A DNA stretch of 63,848 nucleotides, the filler included, from Phoronis australis (lineage: Eukaryota; Animalia; Phoronida): NCBI GenBank assembly GCA_002633005.1. It is 5 parts of 5 records of this genome, joined end to end, with 100 filler letters (N's around TTAATTAATTAA, not from the genome) between each part and the next. Parts side by side here need not be neighbours in the genome. Positions count along the whole stretch, not along the records: positions 1 to 29,748 come from NMRA01000876.1; positions 29,849 to 48,962 come from NMRA01000329.1; 3 more parts are not named here. The stretch is one strand, 5' to 3'. The position numbers and the translations under genes are program-made. Numbering within the stretch: position 1 is the stretch's first letter; every line of letters begins with the position of its first letter. Shown here piece by piece: positions 23,601-33,500 of the stretch. Under the pieces are notes generated by a model. The model made no database searches. It had not been told where the DNA came from and saw nothing but the letters and a program-made list of their open reading frames with translations.

Positions 23601-25007
23601 CATTATGGCGACTACCTTTGACTCGAATAGCTGCAATTTAAGACGTGCAGTAATCGCAGTAAACAAAATCAAGGGAACCCCTACCCCGTAGCTAAATCCA
23701 AACAAAAGCAATGTGTAGAAAGCGTGTGCAAGTGTTGTCAAAGTGATCGATAAACTTTTAATCAAGCATGTGCATTGATGCCCACACACAGAATTCTGTG
23801 TGTCGTTCATCATTATGTTTCCACAGGACTACTTTTCAGTATAGGTGGCGCTTTGTCAGAGGATAGTCGGTGACCGGCATCGGGTGTTTGCGCGCCATGA
23901 TGAAATATTACAAGACTAGATTGCAATGATAACTGGTTCTGAGATAGTTTGCAGCACACTGGAGGGCCGGGCCTTTTGTTTGTAAAGTTGTTCTTCATTT
24001 GCATATTCACAAATTAATGAGACTATGCATCTTGTACAGTAGAAAGAAGAATAACCGTTGCGTAATTCCGAGACATGCCAGGCTGAAGCCAATGTCTTAT
24101 TGACCAAAGATACAAACAGTGTATCTGCGTCTCTTAAACATCCTTCACTCACCAGTCTGATCCACACAATGAGGTCCAGGATTTGGGTTTTCTCTTCCTA
24201 CAATTGAAACAGTACGTCACTCAGTGACATTCAGTGAGCTTGGCTAAGCGCAACAAAATGGTTTACAACGCCCGGCATAGGCGAAAATGTCAGCTCGTAA
24301 ATACGAGTGACGGCATATTCCTACTCGCATTTTACTTTTTGATCTCGTACAGTATATTTAGGAGCGTGTACTCGTTTATGTCGAATCCTGGTTTATGATA
24401 CGACGAATTTGTCGTTCAATTGGTTCTTTCGGATAAAAGGGAGACGTACATGTAACATGCCCAATGGACTGAAAAAATCGTCCATTTGCAACGTTTGAAA
24501 TAGATGTTCATTGATTGCCTTCCAGCACTGAAAAAGTGGAGGTTATACCCCCCCCAGCTCCCACGTGATGCACCGCTCAATGACCATGGGATATGCAGCA
24601 CTGAAAAAGTGGGAGGCCACAGCCCCCCAGCCCCCTATGTTTCGCCGCCCATGCAAGAGATGGTAGAAAGAAGAACCGTAGGAAGGTCAATGCTTAGATC
24701 TTTATCAATCTTGAACGCGGCATCGCATTTATGAATCTAACTATTAGCACCTAAAGTGTTTTGTTGATATCTTTGTTACCACGTCTATTAGTTACAAAAA
24801 TGGCTACCAACTTACCAAATCGAATATTGTGTATAATGCCATGTCAATGGAAACAAGCACGTTGTCTTTGAAGTCTTTGACAGGTCTGACACTGCTGTCA
24901 TAGTTTTCAAGAAGATAATTTAGCAGTTTAGTGCCAATGTTTTTCTTGGTACTTACTGGAAGAACACACAAAATCCACATAACTAACAACCCCGATCTCG
25001 ACTTCAT
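3662..25007 (-). CDS. Nicotinic acetylcholine receptor (Cys-loop ligand-gated cation channel) non-alpha subunit, 9 coding exons, with one in-frame TAA (null allele, young pseudogene or base error)
   Basis: join(25007-24816, 24197-24153, 21154-21045, 14259-14112, 13090-12997, 11970-11840, 10138-9970, 5443-5220, 3994-3662) = 1446 nt = 482 codons. All introns are GT-AG and phases match. Shows a signal peptide, WRPDI, C-x13-C loop, FGSW, M1-M4, GEK before M2 and [12 protein letters not shown] in M4. No vicinal CC in loop C. Confidence 0.93.
4450..4810. repeat. Degenerate tandem subrepeats (~60-110 bp spacing), probably internal to an old non-autonomous element
   Basis: Recurring motif GAAA.(C/T)GACAACAATGGCC(G/A)ATAAA..(T)GCATTT.T.AGGGAC at ~4510, 4608, 4675 and 4765. 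Confidence 0.45.
5220..5443 (-). CDS. nAChR exon 8 (M3 and start of intracellular loop)
   Basis: ttccAG|GA GAG...AAC AGG|GTcagt; (G)[50 protein letters not shown]... Confidence 0.88.
6065..6362. mobile_element. Possible old MITE with imperfect inverted ends
   Basis: actagcacaacttatcccactt (~6086-6107) is an imperfect reverse complement of aagtgggttaagttgcactagt (~6332-6353). No clear TSD found. Confidence 0.35.
8025..9613. mobile_element. Kolobok-type DNA transposon, non-autonomous deletion derivative (copy A, older)
   Basis: TTAA on both sides (8021-8024, 9614-9617). Degenerate TIRs agaagcataccaccca / tcggtggcattctcca. Minus strand has a THAP remnant from ATG 9442 ([12 protein letters not shown]..., frameshift, FRFPR...RKW...LRVCGL). 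Plus strand has a CQFEPEY remnant (~9135). Colinear with 15822-17000. Confidence 0.8.
9970..10138 (-). CDS. nAChR exon 7 (M1, M2, M2-M3 loop)
   Basis: atttcAG|GTG...ATA G|GTaata; [56 protein letters not shown](G). Confidence 0.93.
10461..10682. mobile_element. PIF/Harbinger-like (Tourist-type) MITE, 222 bp
   Basis: Imperfect TIRs gggcctgttccaagaaactggctta / taagtcagttttcctggaacgggccc; 3-bp direct flank ATG on both sides; internal inverted tttgtctcaa/ttgagacaaa. Confidence 0.65.
11623..11732. repeat. (TG)n / (TGCG)n microsatellite
   Basis: Visible dinucleotide run decaying into TGCG/TGCACG units; it explains the CVCVCV/HTHTHT spurious ORFs. Confidence 0.95.
11840..11970 (-). CDS. nAChR exon 6 (loop F end, loop C, pre-M1)
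   Basis: ttctctccAG|TC AAC...AAT ATG|GTgaga; (V)[43 protein letters not shown]. Confidence 0.92.
12510..12645. repeat. Two adjacent AT-rich palindromes (foldback) with (AT)n runs
   Basis: aaaacaacaataa.gtaacaactgaaa|tttcagttgttcc.ttattgttgtttt and ataattcaagaa(ta)n ttcttgaattat. Confidence 0.7.
12997..13090 (-). CDS. nAChR exon 5 (second Cys of Cys-loop, loop B)
   Basis: tttttttAG|TCG TGT...GGA G|GTaaga; [31 protein letters not shown]. Confidence 0.93.
14112..14259 (-). CDS. nAChR exon 4 (loop E and Cys-loop), containing in-frame TAA
   Basis: ctctAG|T GCT...GAT TAA CAG|GTacgt; (S)[48 protein letters not shown]. Confidence 0.92.
15568..15715 (+). repeat. ~150-bp interspersed repeat, copy 1 (copy 2 at ~19531-19680)
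   Basis: taaggttat..caaccttatttagtggc.tccattctaac...tcaactagtgaaagta...tgtcattattatt occurs at both positions. Confidence 0.75.
15822..17000. mobile_element. Kolobok-type DNA transposon, non-autonomous deletion derivative (copy B, perfect ends)
   Basis: Perfect 17-bp TIRs AGGAGAATGCCACCCAA / TTGGGTGGCATTCTCCT with TTAA on both sides (15818-15821, 17001-17004). Minus-strand THAP from ATG 16828: [12 protein letters not shown]...SFFRF...RK*...LRVC..LHF. Plus-strand YQFEPEY...C.C...CVCCHEI...CLKDHPDF (P2X7-ballast/KolX-like). Confidence 0.88.
17860..18570 (+). mobile_element. Penelope-like retroelement relic (RT thumb and GIY-YIG endonuclease)
   Basis: [17 protein letters not shown] (~17920-17970), [24 protein letters not shown]...[14 protein letters not shown](Y)VG (GIY-YIG), then ETGHNI and LFIKEAIH. 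Frameshifts and stops throughout. A possible GLPIGTP RT motif at ~17308. Confidence 0.75.
19717..20330. mobile_element. Probable non-autonomous DNA transposon with internal inverted repeats
   Basis: tcaaaaacactgttaggaattttcgat (~19800) is an imperfect inverse of atcaaaaatcctaaaagcgtttttga (~19940). Terminal hairpin gacctactt-agaa-aagtaggtc (~20297-20318). Ends uncertain. Confidence 0.35.
21045..21154 (-). CDS. nAChR exon 3 (110 nt; loop A)
   Basis: ttttAG|TCA TGG...ACC AG|GTatgt; [36 protein letters not shown]. The 110-nt size matches the conserved exon of alpha7-type nAChR genes. Confidence 0.94.
21900..22780 (+). mobile_element. Possible highly decayed Gypsy-type LTR retrotransposon pol fragment (RNase H to integrase Zn-finger linker)
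   Basis: Frame-broken motifs [10 protein letters not shown] (~22615), NGQRVV (~22690) and HPGHLGI..C (~22745), resembling LQ.V...I..GW / G.RVVIP / H.GHLG..KC. Confidence 0.4.
24153..24197 (-). CDS. nAChR exon 2 (45 nt; loop D)
   Basis: attgtAG|GAA GAG...AGA CTG|GTgagt; [15 protein letters not shown], equivalent to the conserved 45-nt DEKNQ exon. Confidence 0.92.
24816..25007 (-). CDS. nAChR coding exon 1 (signal peptide and N-terminal helix)
   Basis: [64 protein letters not shown]|GTaagt. A candidate acceptor at 25093 suggests a further upstream UTR exon. Confidence 0.9.
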
Positions 25008-27887
25008 CTGAATTCGCCGCCATTTTGTGGTGCATATTGTTATTGCAAAATCGCTCGCCGTCGTCGTTGGCAACTCAAGTCATCCGTCTGTTCCTGAATA
25101 TGAAATCAAGGTGGGAGTTCCTCAAATTTTAAACATGTATTTGTAACCCGACGACAGAACGAGTACATTAGCGTGCCCGAGTCAGACTTGACCAATATTT
25201 GTAATGCAAGGACTTGCCAAAAAGAGTGAGACTGTCGACTCATGACCCAAAAGAGTTGTTGCGCGCATGGCTGTACTTATCAACGGCGTCTTGATCAATT
25301 TGAATAGATTTTAACTCTTCCTCGGCATAATTCGATTGTAACTGAAAACCTTCCAGGGCATCCCAGTGGAAAAAGTCCTCGCTGCCACCCAGGACTATAT
25401 CGCCGTCGGACAGTAGCTCTCACTCTTCAATTTCCGAGTCTGACTCAGGCGCCCTATTTATCAAAGTCATCAGTGGTTCGATTTCATACACAACGACGTT
25501 TTACATTCCCAGAAACTCCCACAAAATGTTCACCACACTTCCAGATCCAGGAACTGGCGAATGACTTGAGGAACCGGCAACAACGAAGACGGCCATCTTG
25601 TAAGTACATAGAATAAAATGATGGTGAATTCAACTGTAACGTCTATATTTCCGGTTTAGGGAGGGCTTGACTTTCGACAAATAAATATTATACAAAGATG
25701 GTATCCATATATCTAAATACACATTTTACTACCTAAGAAGTACTCAGAAGTCTCAATATGTATAAATTTACATTTAACGAACCTTGGTCGTTGTTTCAAT
25801 TCAGGCCGTGAACTTATCTGCCGCTGGTTAATATCTGAAACTTCCGGTGGGTTAAGGGTCAATATAATGGCTTCTCGGGGATTCAGTTCTCGTTCAGAAA
25901 AAAACTATACATGGAGTCATTCTGAAACTCCCCCATTACGCCACCTCTCTGAACTCGGGAGATACATGTGCATTTGTACGTTGCATTGACTATATTGAAC
26001 GTACCACGTACATGTAACTAGTGATACCTACCATCCGTGGGCTTTTTAGAAGCTGATGAGCTAGACGTTGTCTCGAAAACATTAGCGTCATCTTGTATTC
26101 TGATGCCAGAAGTTGTCGTCTCAATTCGGTTGGTAGAAACTGCGTGAAAAGCTTGCTGTTAGCTTTTAAGCTTTAAAAAGACATTGAGGGACAAGTTCTT
26201 GAATTTTAATATTTAGATTGATCACAGAAATCATTAAAATGGTTCCAAAGTTGGCCTTTAGATTTAAATTTAGAAATAAACTCTTTTCTTCAGAAAGCAA
26301 GAATTAGAAATACTCATACAAGTAGTGTGCTATGCTAATAAAAAATGAACTTTTCAAAACAACAGTATTTATAACAAAGAGAAAATGTTATTTTGAACAC
26401 ATGCTGCATATTCGTCAACATTCGATGATGAGAAATGGGCCAACTGGATTGAAAAGCGGAACGCCCGGATAAAAAGCGGGACCTCTGGGTCTACATGTAT
26501 GCCAAAACGCAAGGGTGGAACGTTCGCTGTAACACACAAAAATGTCCGGACAGCCTTTTTGTAGAACAAAAGCGCTCGATGAAGTTTTCTTCTTTTTTGT
26601 TAAATGGGAAATAGCAAGTTCCGCAAAAACCCATGACACGTCCCGTTTTTTCTTTAAGTCGAATCAGAAAACATGGCTATGTCTCTTGGGAAAATCATAA
26701 TAGTATATGTACACTTTCAGTAGCACAGAGTATTGGACTGAATTCTTTTAAGAGGTGAACTTTCGTAATATTTTTTCACGAGTCTATATTAAGTAATTAC
26801 TATCGATAACAAAACTGCTCAGAAATGGAATTATTATTATATCTGCTTATCAAGTAAATATTGCAGAAAATATTTCATAGAAACATTGGAGAACAATATT
26901 ATAATATATGCATGTGTTCACAAGCACACATACACACGCGGACACGCTTTGATACGTACACACATATATATATATACATACAATTGGTTTTTTGAATGTC
27001 ACGTAAAAACCTTTGTTAGTAGGGACCAATAATTGCGAAACAAACACTTAGAAACCAAATGTCACTTCGCTCCGTGAAATACTGTAACATGACTGTAAAA
27101 CCCAAAATTGTTGAAAAACTCCTAACAGTGCCAACATTATCTGAAGACTGACTATTCCAGTCATCCGGCCACGCCCACTGGTCAGTGCACCGTATAAAGA
27201 TGACCAGTGTAATTGACCGGTTTGTTAACTAATTTTGACGAGAAATCGTTGGTTGTCTGACACCGTACCTCAAGATTGTTCTTGGTGATCCCATTATCGA
27301 CAAAAACGACAAAATGAAAATGAAAATGAAGAAATACAGTTGGGCTTGATTTGATAACTACAACCCTCGATCAAAACTCAATCGAGCATACAACTGGAAA
27401 TTCACAATGCTAACTCCCACGGCCAGTCCCGTGAATTCTCTGAACCAAAAACTCTAACAGAAGATTGAAGGTGACGAGCGAGAGTTGGCATGACAGTTCT
27501 GCAATTCTATCTTCAGAACAACGTGACAACTCACCAGCTACGCCCTCTGGTTTATCCACCGAATGAATTCGCATGCGCGCACCCAGGGAGGAGGGCCCCC
27601 ATTTGGCGAAGTGGCCATAAAAGTCCGTCTTAGTGAAAGAAAAACTCAGAAAAAAGTAGAGAACTAGACAACAGTCCACAAAAAGACAGGAACTACCAAA
27701 AGTCGGAGAATGCACAATTCGTAGGTCTGAACGTACCCCTTGAATCTCAGTAACTAAAGGTCCACTTGCTCAGACATTCAAGCCCCCACTTCTAAATTGG
27801 GTGCGCACATGATTCGGGTCACAAATTATCAGCAACAGACAAATTCAATGTGTCGATGCGTGTCTGTGGCGGCTGTGTCAACATTTG

Positions 27888-28660
27888 TTACATTCCCTTT
27901 TGAGTAACTGTACCTGAAGCCCGTGACCAATGTAAGACATTCGTTACATCTTCGGCTTTTGAAGATGTGCCCAGTGCTTCAGTGGAGAGGACGCTGGGAA
28001 GGCCAGTCGTCTGACCGATAGTCGTCGCATCACTGCTCGTTAATTCCGTGTTCTCAATTCTGCTCGAAGTAGTTGATGGATTTGTGTTAGTTGTGGGATC
28101 ACTTGGTTCTGGAGATGTGCTCCATGATTCAGTATAGTAGAAGCTTGCACTTGATGTGGTGATTGTCTGAGCTCGAGCGAAAGTATTTGTGTTTGTCAAT
28201 TCTGTTTGTACTTTTGTGCTTGAAACTAGTGACGGGGTAGTGACACTCACTGCAGATTTTGCGTGTGATTCAGAGGAGTTGACAGCTATAATCGACGAGG
28301 CAGTCGTCTGAACGAGACTCAGAGTATCGGTACTTGGCAATTCCTGGAGCTCTTCTGTGCTTAAAGCCATTGGCGGAGATGTGGTAGTCGATGCATCGTT
28401 TGATTCTGGGGATGACACCAGTGTTTCTGTAGAGTGGATCACGACACTCGATATGAGAGTTGTCTGAATGAGAGTATTGTCATCGGTGCGTGGTAAATCC
28501 GTGTATTCAGTTGGGTTTGTAGTCGTTGATCTGTTTCCGGTTAGAGACTTAGTAACTTCGCCGATTGACATCGTACTCGGGTTTTTTCCATGAGAAGCCA
28601 AAGTGTTTAACGTGGGCGCAACACCGACTGCGACTGTTTGTGTAAATCTCAATGCCACAG
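27888..28660 (-). CDS. Ser/Thr-rich mucin-like exon with ~4 degenerate ~50-aa repeats; parent gene not identified
   Basis: 256-aa open frame, very S/T-rich, with repeats of E.TELP.TD..T..QTT...STE...SSPE. Acceptor ccctattgtAG| at 28660. Donor tcag|GTacag at 27914 would give a symmetric phase 1-1 exon of 747 nt; otherwise the frame stops at 27888. Confidence 0.6.
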
Positions 28661-29239
28661 CTACAATAGGGCAAAATATTCTGAAATAACACTGTATATT
28701 CTACGATATAAAATTGTGATATGTAAGTCATGGTTTCTCTTAACGTTTCAAAAAGAATACTCATTCCCGAGCTCTGGATTGGATCAGAAGCCTATTGCCC
28801 ATCATTGAGCCCAGTATTTTATACAGGTTTCCAAGCAAAGTATTCGTTATTTAGCAAAAAATCTGGTTACCGAAATAATAGCATGTACTTTCAGATTTAA
28901 TAAAACGTGTTTTCGTCAGTAACCTTGGTCTTGTTTGCAAGCAGCAAGGGTAAATTCCCAGGACTTCGGCCCATTACGTAATAAGTGTGTGTTCACGTAG
29001 TGCTATTTCACTTTAAAAACCATACCCCGAGGAAGAATGTTCAAAAGACAGGGCACAACCTTGCCAAAGATTCTTTGACCGTGCCACACGATAACACGTA
29101 TACAAAGAATGCAAACTGCAAACTGTTGCAACTGAACAAACATGTCTGGTTTCACTAAAAAAATATATAACTGCAATTTAAATCTGCTGTTGATCGGCAT
29201 GAATCGTTTCTGTCACAATCCGCGTTCCGTCCCAGAAGC

Positions 29240-29725
29240 TGAACTCATAGTTTATGATCGACATACATGTATGTCCCGAATAATAGATAAATGATACGTG
29301 CGCCGCAAGCTCGTTACCAGAGATGAAAAGGAGACCGAGGTAGGCGATATAAGGATATTTATTATGACTAGTACAATTACAATAAAATGAATACAGGTAA
29401 ATAACGTATAATAGGTAATCTTTGGTAAGATGGGCAATAAAAAGCGCCGGCCACGTGGAAGTACGAGAGAATGACGAAAACTGGGAGGAAGAGGGTGGGA
29501 AAATTGAATGAGTTTTTGTCGTACAGCAATGTGGCCGGAACAAAGTGAACTGAAAGCAAGGTTACAATAACAAAGAAAAACGCCCCTAAGGACACGTAAC
29601 AATCATCAGCCTATAAGAGCCAAGAGCTGACCAAACTCGAGGCACGTGATAACAGCACACCAATGCGAAGGCTGGAAAAACGACGTGTAGTCCTACACAA
29701 GGGAATAATGGAATAGACCGAGATG
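29240..29725 (-). repeat. Diverged inverted copy of the ~550-bp repeat family seen in contig 2
   Basis: Reverse complement matches motifs such as atctctgg.aac.gagcttgcg..gcac...ttcgggacata and cagctcttggctcttataggctgatgatt found at 40850-41220 and 48480-48850. Confidence 0.7.
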
Positions 29726-29748
29726 AGGGGGGAGGGGGGGGGGGGGGG

Positions 29749-29848
29749 NNNNNNNNNNNNNNNNNNNNNNNNNNNNNNNNNNNNNNNNNNNNTTAATTAA
29801 TTAANNNNNNNNNNNNNNNNNNNNNNNNNNNNNNNNNNNNNNNNNNNN
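29749..29848. other. Artificial contig spacer (44 N + TTAATTAATTAA + 44 N); identical spacers at 48963-49062, 58378-58477, 61911-62010
   Basis: Four identical 100-nt blocks whose 12-mer places stop codons in all six frames. Confidence 0.97.
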
Positions 29849-30550
29849 TTTTTGTTTTCCCGCTTTTTTGTTTTCCCACCCTTTTTGTTTTCCTGCCCTT
29901 TTTGTTTTCCCACCCTTTTTGTTTTCCTGCCCTTTTTGTTTTCCCACCCTGTTTTTTTTCCCGCCTTCTTTGTTTACCCGCTTTATACCCAGCCCCTTTC
30001 GTTTTCCCGACCTTTTTATATTTTCCCGCCTGCTTGTTTCCCACCCTATTTGTTTTTCCGCATTTTTTGTTTTCCCTGTCTTTTTTGTTTTCCCCACCTT
30101 TTTTACTTTCCTGCCTTTATTTGTTTTTCCCACCCTTTTTGTTTTCCCGCCTTTTTGCTTTCCCAGTCTTTTTAGTGTTCATGCCGTTTTTGTTTTCCCA
30201 CCTTTTTTGTTTTCCCGCCCTTTTCGTTTTCCCGCCCTTTTCGTTTGCCCCCTTTTTCGTTTCCCGCATTTTTTGCTTTCCCCGTCTTTTGTGTTCCTGC
30301 CTTTTTGTTTTCCCGGTGAAACAAAAAGGTGGGACAAAAAAGGCAAAAAAACAAAAAAGGCAGGGAAATAAAAAAGGCGGGAAACAAAAAAGGCGGGAAA
30401 ACAAAAAGCTAGAAAACAATAAAATGCTGGAAAAACAGAAAAGTGGGAAAATAAAAAGTGGGGGAAAAAGGGGGGGAAAGGGGGAAAACTAAAAAGCCAG
30501 GAAAAACAAAAGGCGAGAAAAGAATAAAATGCGGAAAAACAAAAAAGGTA
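29849..30550. repeat. Low-complexity ~17-19-bp satellite (TTTTTGTTTTCCCGCC-like) that flips orientation at ~30315
   Basis: T/C-rich units to ~30314, then the reverse-complement units (GGCGGGAAAACAAAAA) to ~30550. Confidence 0.9.
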
Positions 30551-30559
30551 ACTCCAGTT

Positions 30560-33500
30560 ATACATGACAAATAATGCAGTTTTCTTTACATTTCAAACAA
30601 TCATTACTGTAACATCTCCATTTATTTATTGCATTTCTTTTTGTGAGGGTATTTCTTGAACTATTCATAACATATCATCAATGCATCAAAATTGTGGAGT
30701 TCACTTATTCTTAGTGTTTTATAGGTCTTTTATATTGATATTGATATTGATTTAATGATAGTACAGACTCATTCAGTTGTTTCATTTCACATGAGCACTC
30801 TTTAGTTCATTCCATTCTGATAAGTGAAGCTGTCACCCATTTTGTTGTTTTACCATGTTATACAATGGTGCTTTCCTCACATATTGGAGACGCAACACTA
30901 ATTGTTCAGTGATAGCATGGAACTCCATAATTTTACCATTTGTGAAAAAAGAACCACCACTAGATGCAGCACAAAATTCGTAAATCCAGCCAAATGCTAG
31001 CAGAACATTGCTCAATGATGAATATTGAAAAAGAGAAAATGCTGAGTTGCCCTTATGCCTCAGGATCGTGAATGAATTTCAGTTTTAGCCAGAACTTTAA
31101 AGAATACTATAGTAAAGAAGGCTAAGGTTTTAGTAACCATCATTTTTCAACATGTTCACTTGGGCTGAAATTAAATTCAGCCAGCTATTCAATTTATTAT
31201 CCCCTGTTTATTCACCATCTCTATCTTCCTTTTTCACTTGTTCAACAAATTGTCATATCTCTGTTTATTTTTTACCCTTTTGATTTTGATTTTCTTGCTT
31301 TGTAACAAATTCTAGCTGTGTTTATTACTTCTCATGAACTCTTTGATTCCAGAAATTTTCAGAATTCAGTAATTTTAATGCATTTGATGGATTCATTCAG
31401 TTGTCCCTATTCTTTTTCAATTTACCATTTGCATTGGCGTGACAGGTTTGAAAAACAACACTGTTGGACTCTGATAACCGTCGCATCAACTCATAATAAT
31501 CCAGGGGCCCATTGGTTTCCCTGGTTTATAGGCTCATTTATTTTTAGCATTTTGCTTCTTTGCAATCAATGCTTTTGTTTATTTTGCAGCTTCTATCATC
31601 ACTTTAAACCCGTTATATTATTCATTTTTGATTTTTTTATTCATTATTTCATCATATATTATTGCACCATCCTTTAATTTGTTGTTGCATGAATCCATTG
31701 CTTTACACAGAACCAATTATTTTTCACCTTTACATGGTTTGTTAATTCACCACATTTCATGACTCCAGTTATAACATTTTCAACTTCCAATTACATAAAT
31801 AAATGAATATATTCCCTTGAAGTTGCATTCCACACATGGATTATTTGATTACAAACAAATTTTGCAATTTCATTCAATGGCCACTGATTTTCTTTATCAA
31901 TGACGGAATACGAATTACGGATTTTTTAATTCGCCAACTTCCAGGAGTTAATTTCTTTTTTACATTTTACAGCTTATTTATTTCTCTGTTTATTTCATAG
32001 TGCATTCAATTGCACAGGGCTCCAGAAATTTGATGAATTGTTTTCTTCAAGGCATGATGCATGGGGGGTGTACACAACTCAAATCACTTCTTTGTGCTGC
32101 CCAGACAACATGATCTCTTAAACCACATTTGGTAAGTAAGTAATATGTCATGGATACAGTGTTTTGCATTTGATAGGTTCACTTATTTTTCGCCTGTTGG
32201 TCCCTTAGACTCCATGGAAATATTTACTTTACGAGTTTGAGGGCTTATTAATTCATCAGACTTTACTGAACCATTAATTTATTCTGTTCCGTGAATTCTT
32301 TTAAGTATTAAAATTAAAATGCATTGGTTTTCACGAGGAATAACTCACCACCTTTCAATAATTTGTCAATTCATAACATTTGCGGTTTCCACTTAGTACA
32401 TTAAATAAAGATTCCTTTGATAGCTATAACATTCTCGGCTTTCACTTTCATCATTATATCAATTCTTTCATTTGTATATTTTACACAGGGATCACTTTTT
32501 TACTGCACTTGACGATTCATGAATTCATTGAATTTCACAATTTCATTTATTTCCGTACTTTAAAACCAAATTGATGTGATGCATTTCATGAGTTTTCTAA
32601 CCACTTCATTGCATGAAAGATCATCGATCCATCAAACTTCGAGAATTCACTAATTAGTATTTTACAGGTCTTTTATTTTGATGTTCATTGAATGACATTC
32701 TACAGTCTCATTCTCTTGTACCATTTCACAGGACTGCACTAATTCCATGCACTTATTTGTTCAATTTGTGATAAATTACTTCATTCTAATTTCACTGCAA
32801 TCTTTCGGGGAGTATTAAATTCACTCTAAAAGTAGTGGTGTACACAAATCAAGTGAATGAACTTTAGATTTAGCAAGATCTGGGTACAAGTTACTTTTGA
32901 GAATACAATAGTTGTAAAGAAATCTTATAGTTTTTATAGCCATGTTTGATAAACATGTTCCCTTCGGCTGAATTCAAAGTCAACCACCTATAGAATTTAT
33001 TGTCTCCTGCTCATTCACCACCCCTACCTTCCTTTTTCACTTGTTTAGCAAATCTACACCTCTGTTTATTTCATACAGTTTTTATTTCAATTTTCTAACC
33101 CTTTGTACATTTCCTTTCTGTTTAACATATTCCAGCTCTTAATACATAACTTTTCATGAATTCGTTCACTCCATAATTCAATATCTCCTTGCAGTTGATG
33201 GGTACATTCAGTTTTACCTGATACTATTTCCACTTTCATTACCCTGACATTAACTCATGATACTTAATAGGGCCTTTAGCTTTTGCATTTTACAGTTAAC
33301 TTGTTTGTATCATTTTATTGTTGATTTGTGATAATTTGAGATACGTGATTTCTCCAGATATTATTGTTATATGGGACTCCATTAATTTGATGCACTATTT
33401 CTTCAGTATATGATGCATTTTAGCATTCAAATTTCCATACATTCTGATAACCAATGGTGTACACAAGTCAAGTCACCCCTTTGAGGTGCTTAAGCTACAT

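Noticed and set aside
29727-29748. G-quadruplex-forming poly-G
   Set aside because: Sits at a contig end, where poly-G is a common sequencing artefact.
29793-29804. Recurrent TTAATTAATTAA motif as a biological site
   Set aside because: Always centred in 100-nt N blocks; an artificial six-frame-stop linker.
29793-30565. Many overlapping K/G-rich or F/P-rich ORFs
   Set aside because: These are translations of a stop-free low-complexity satellite.
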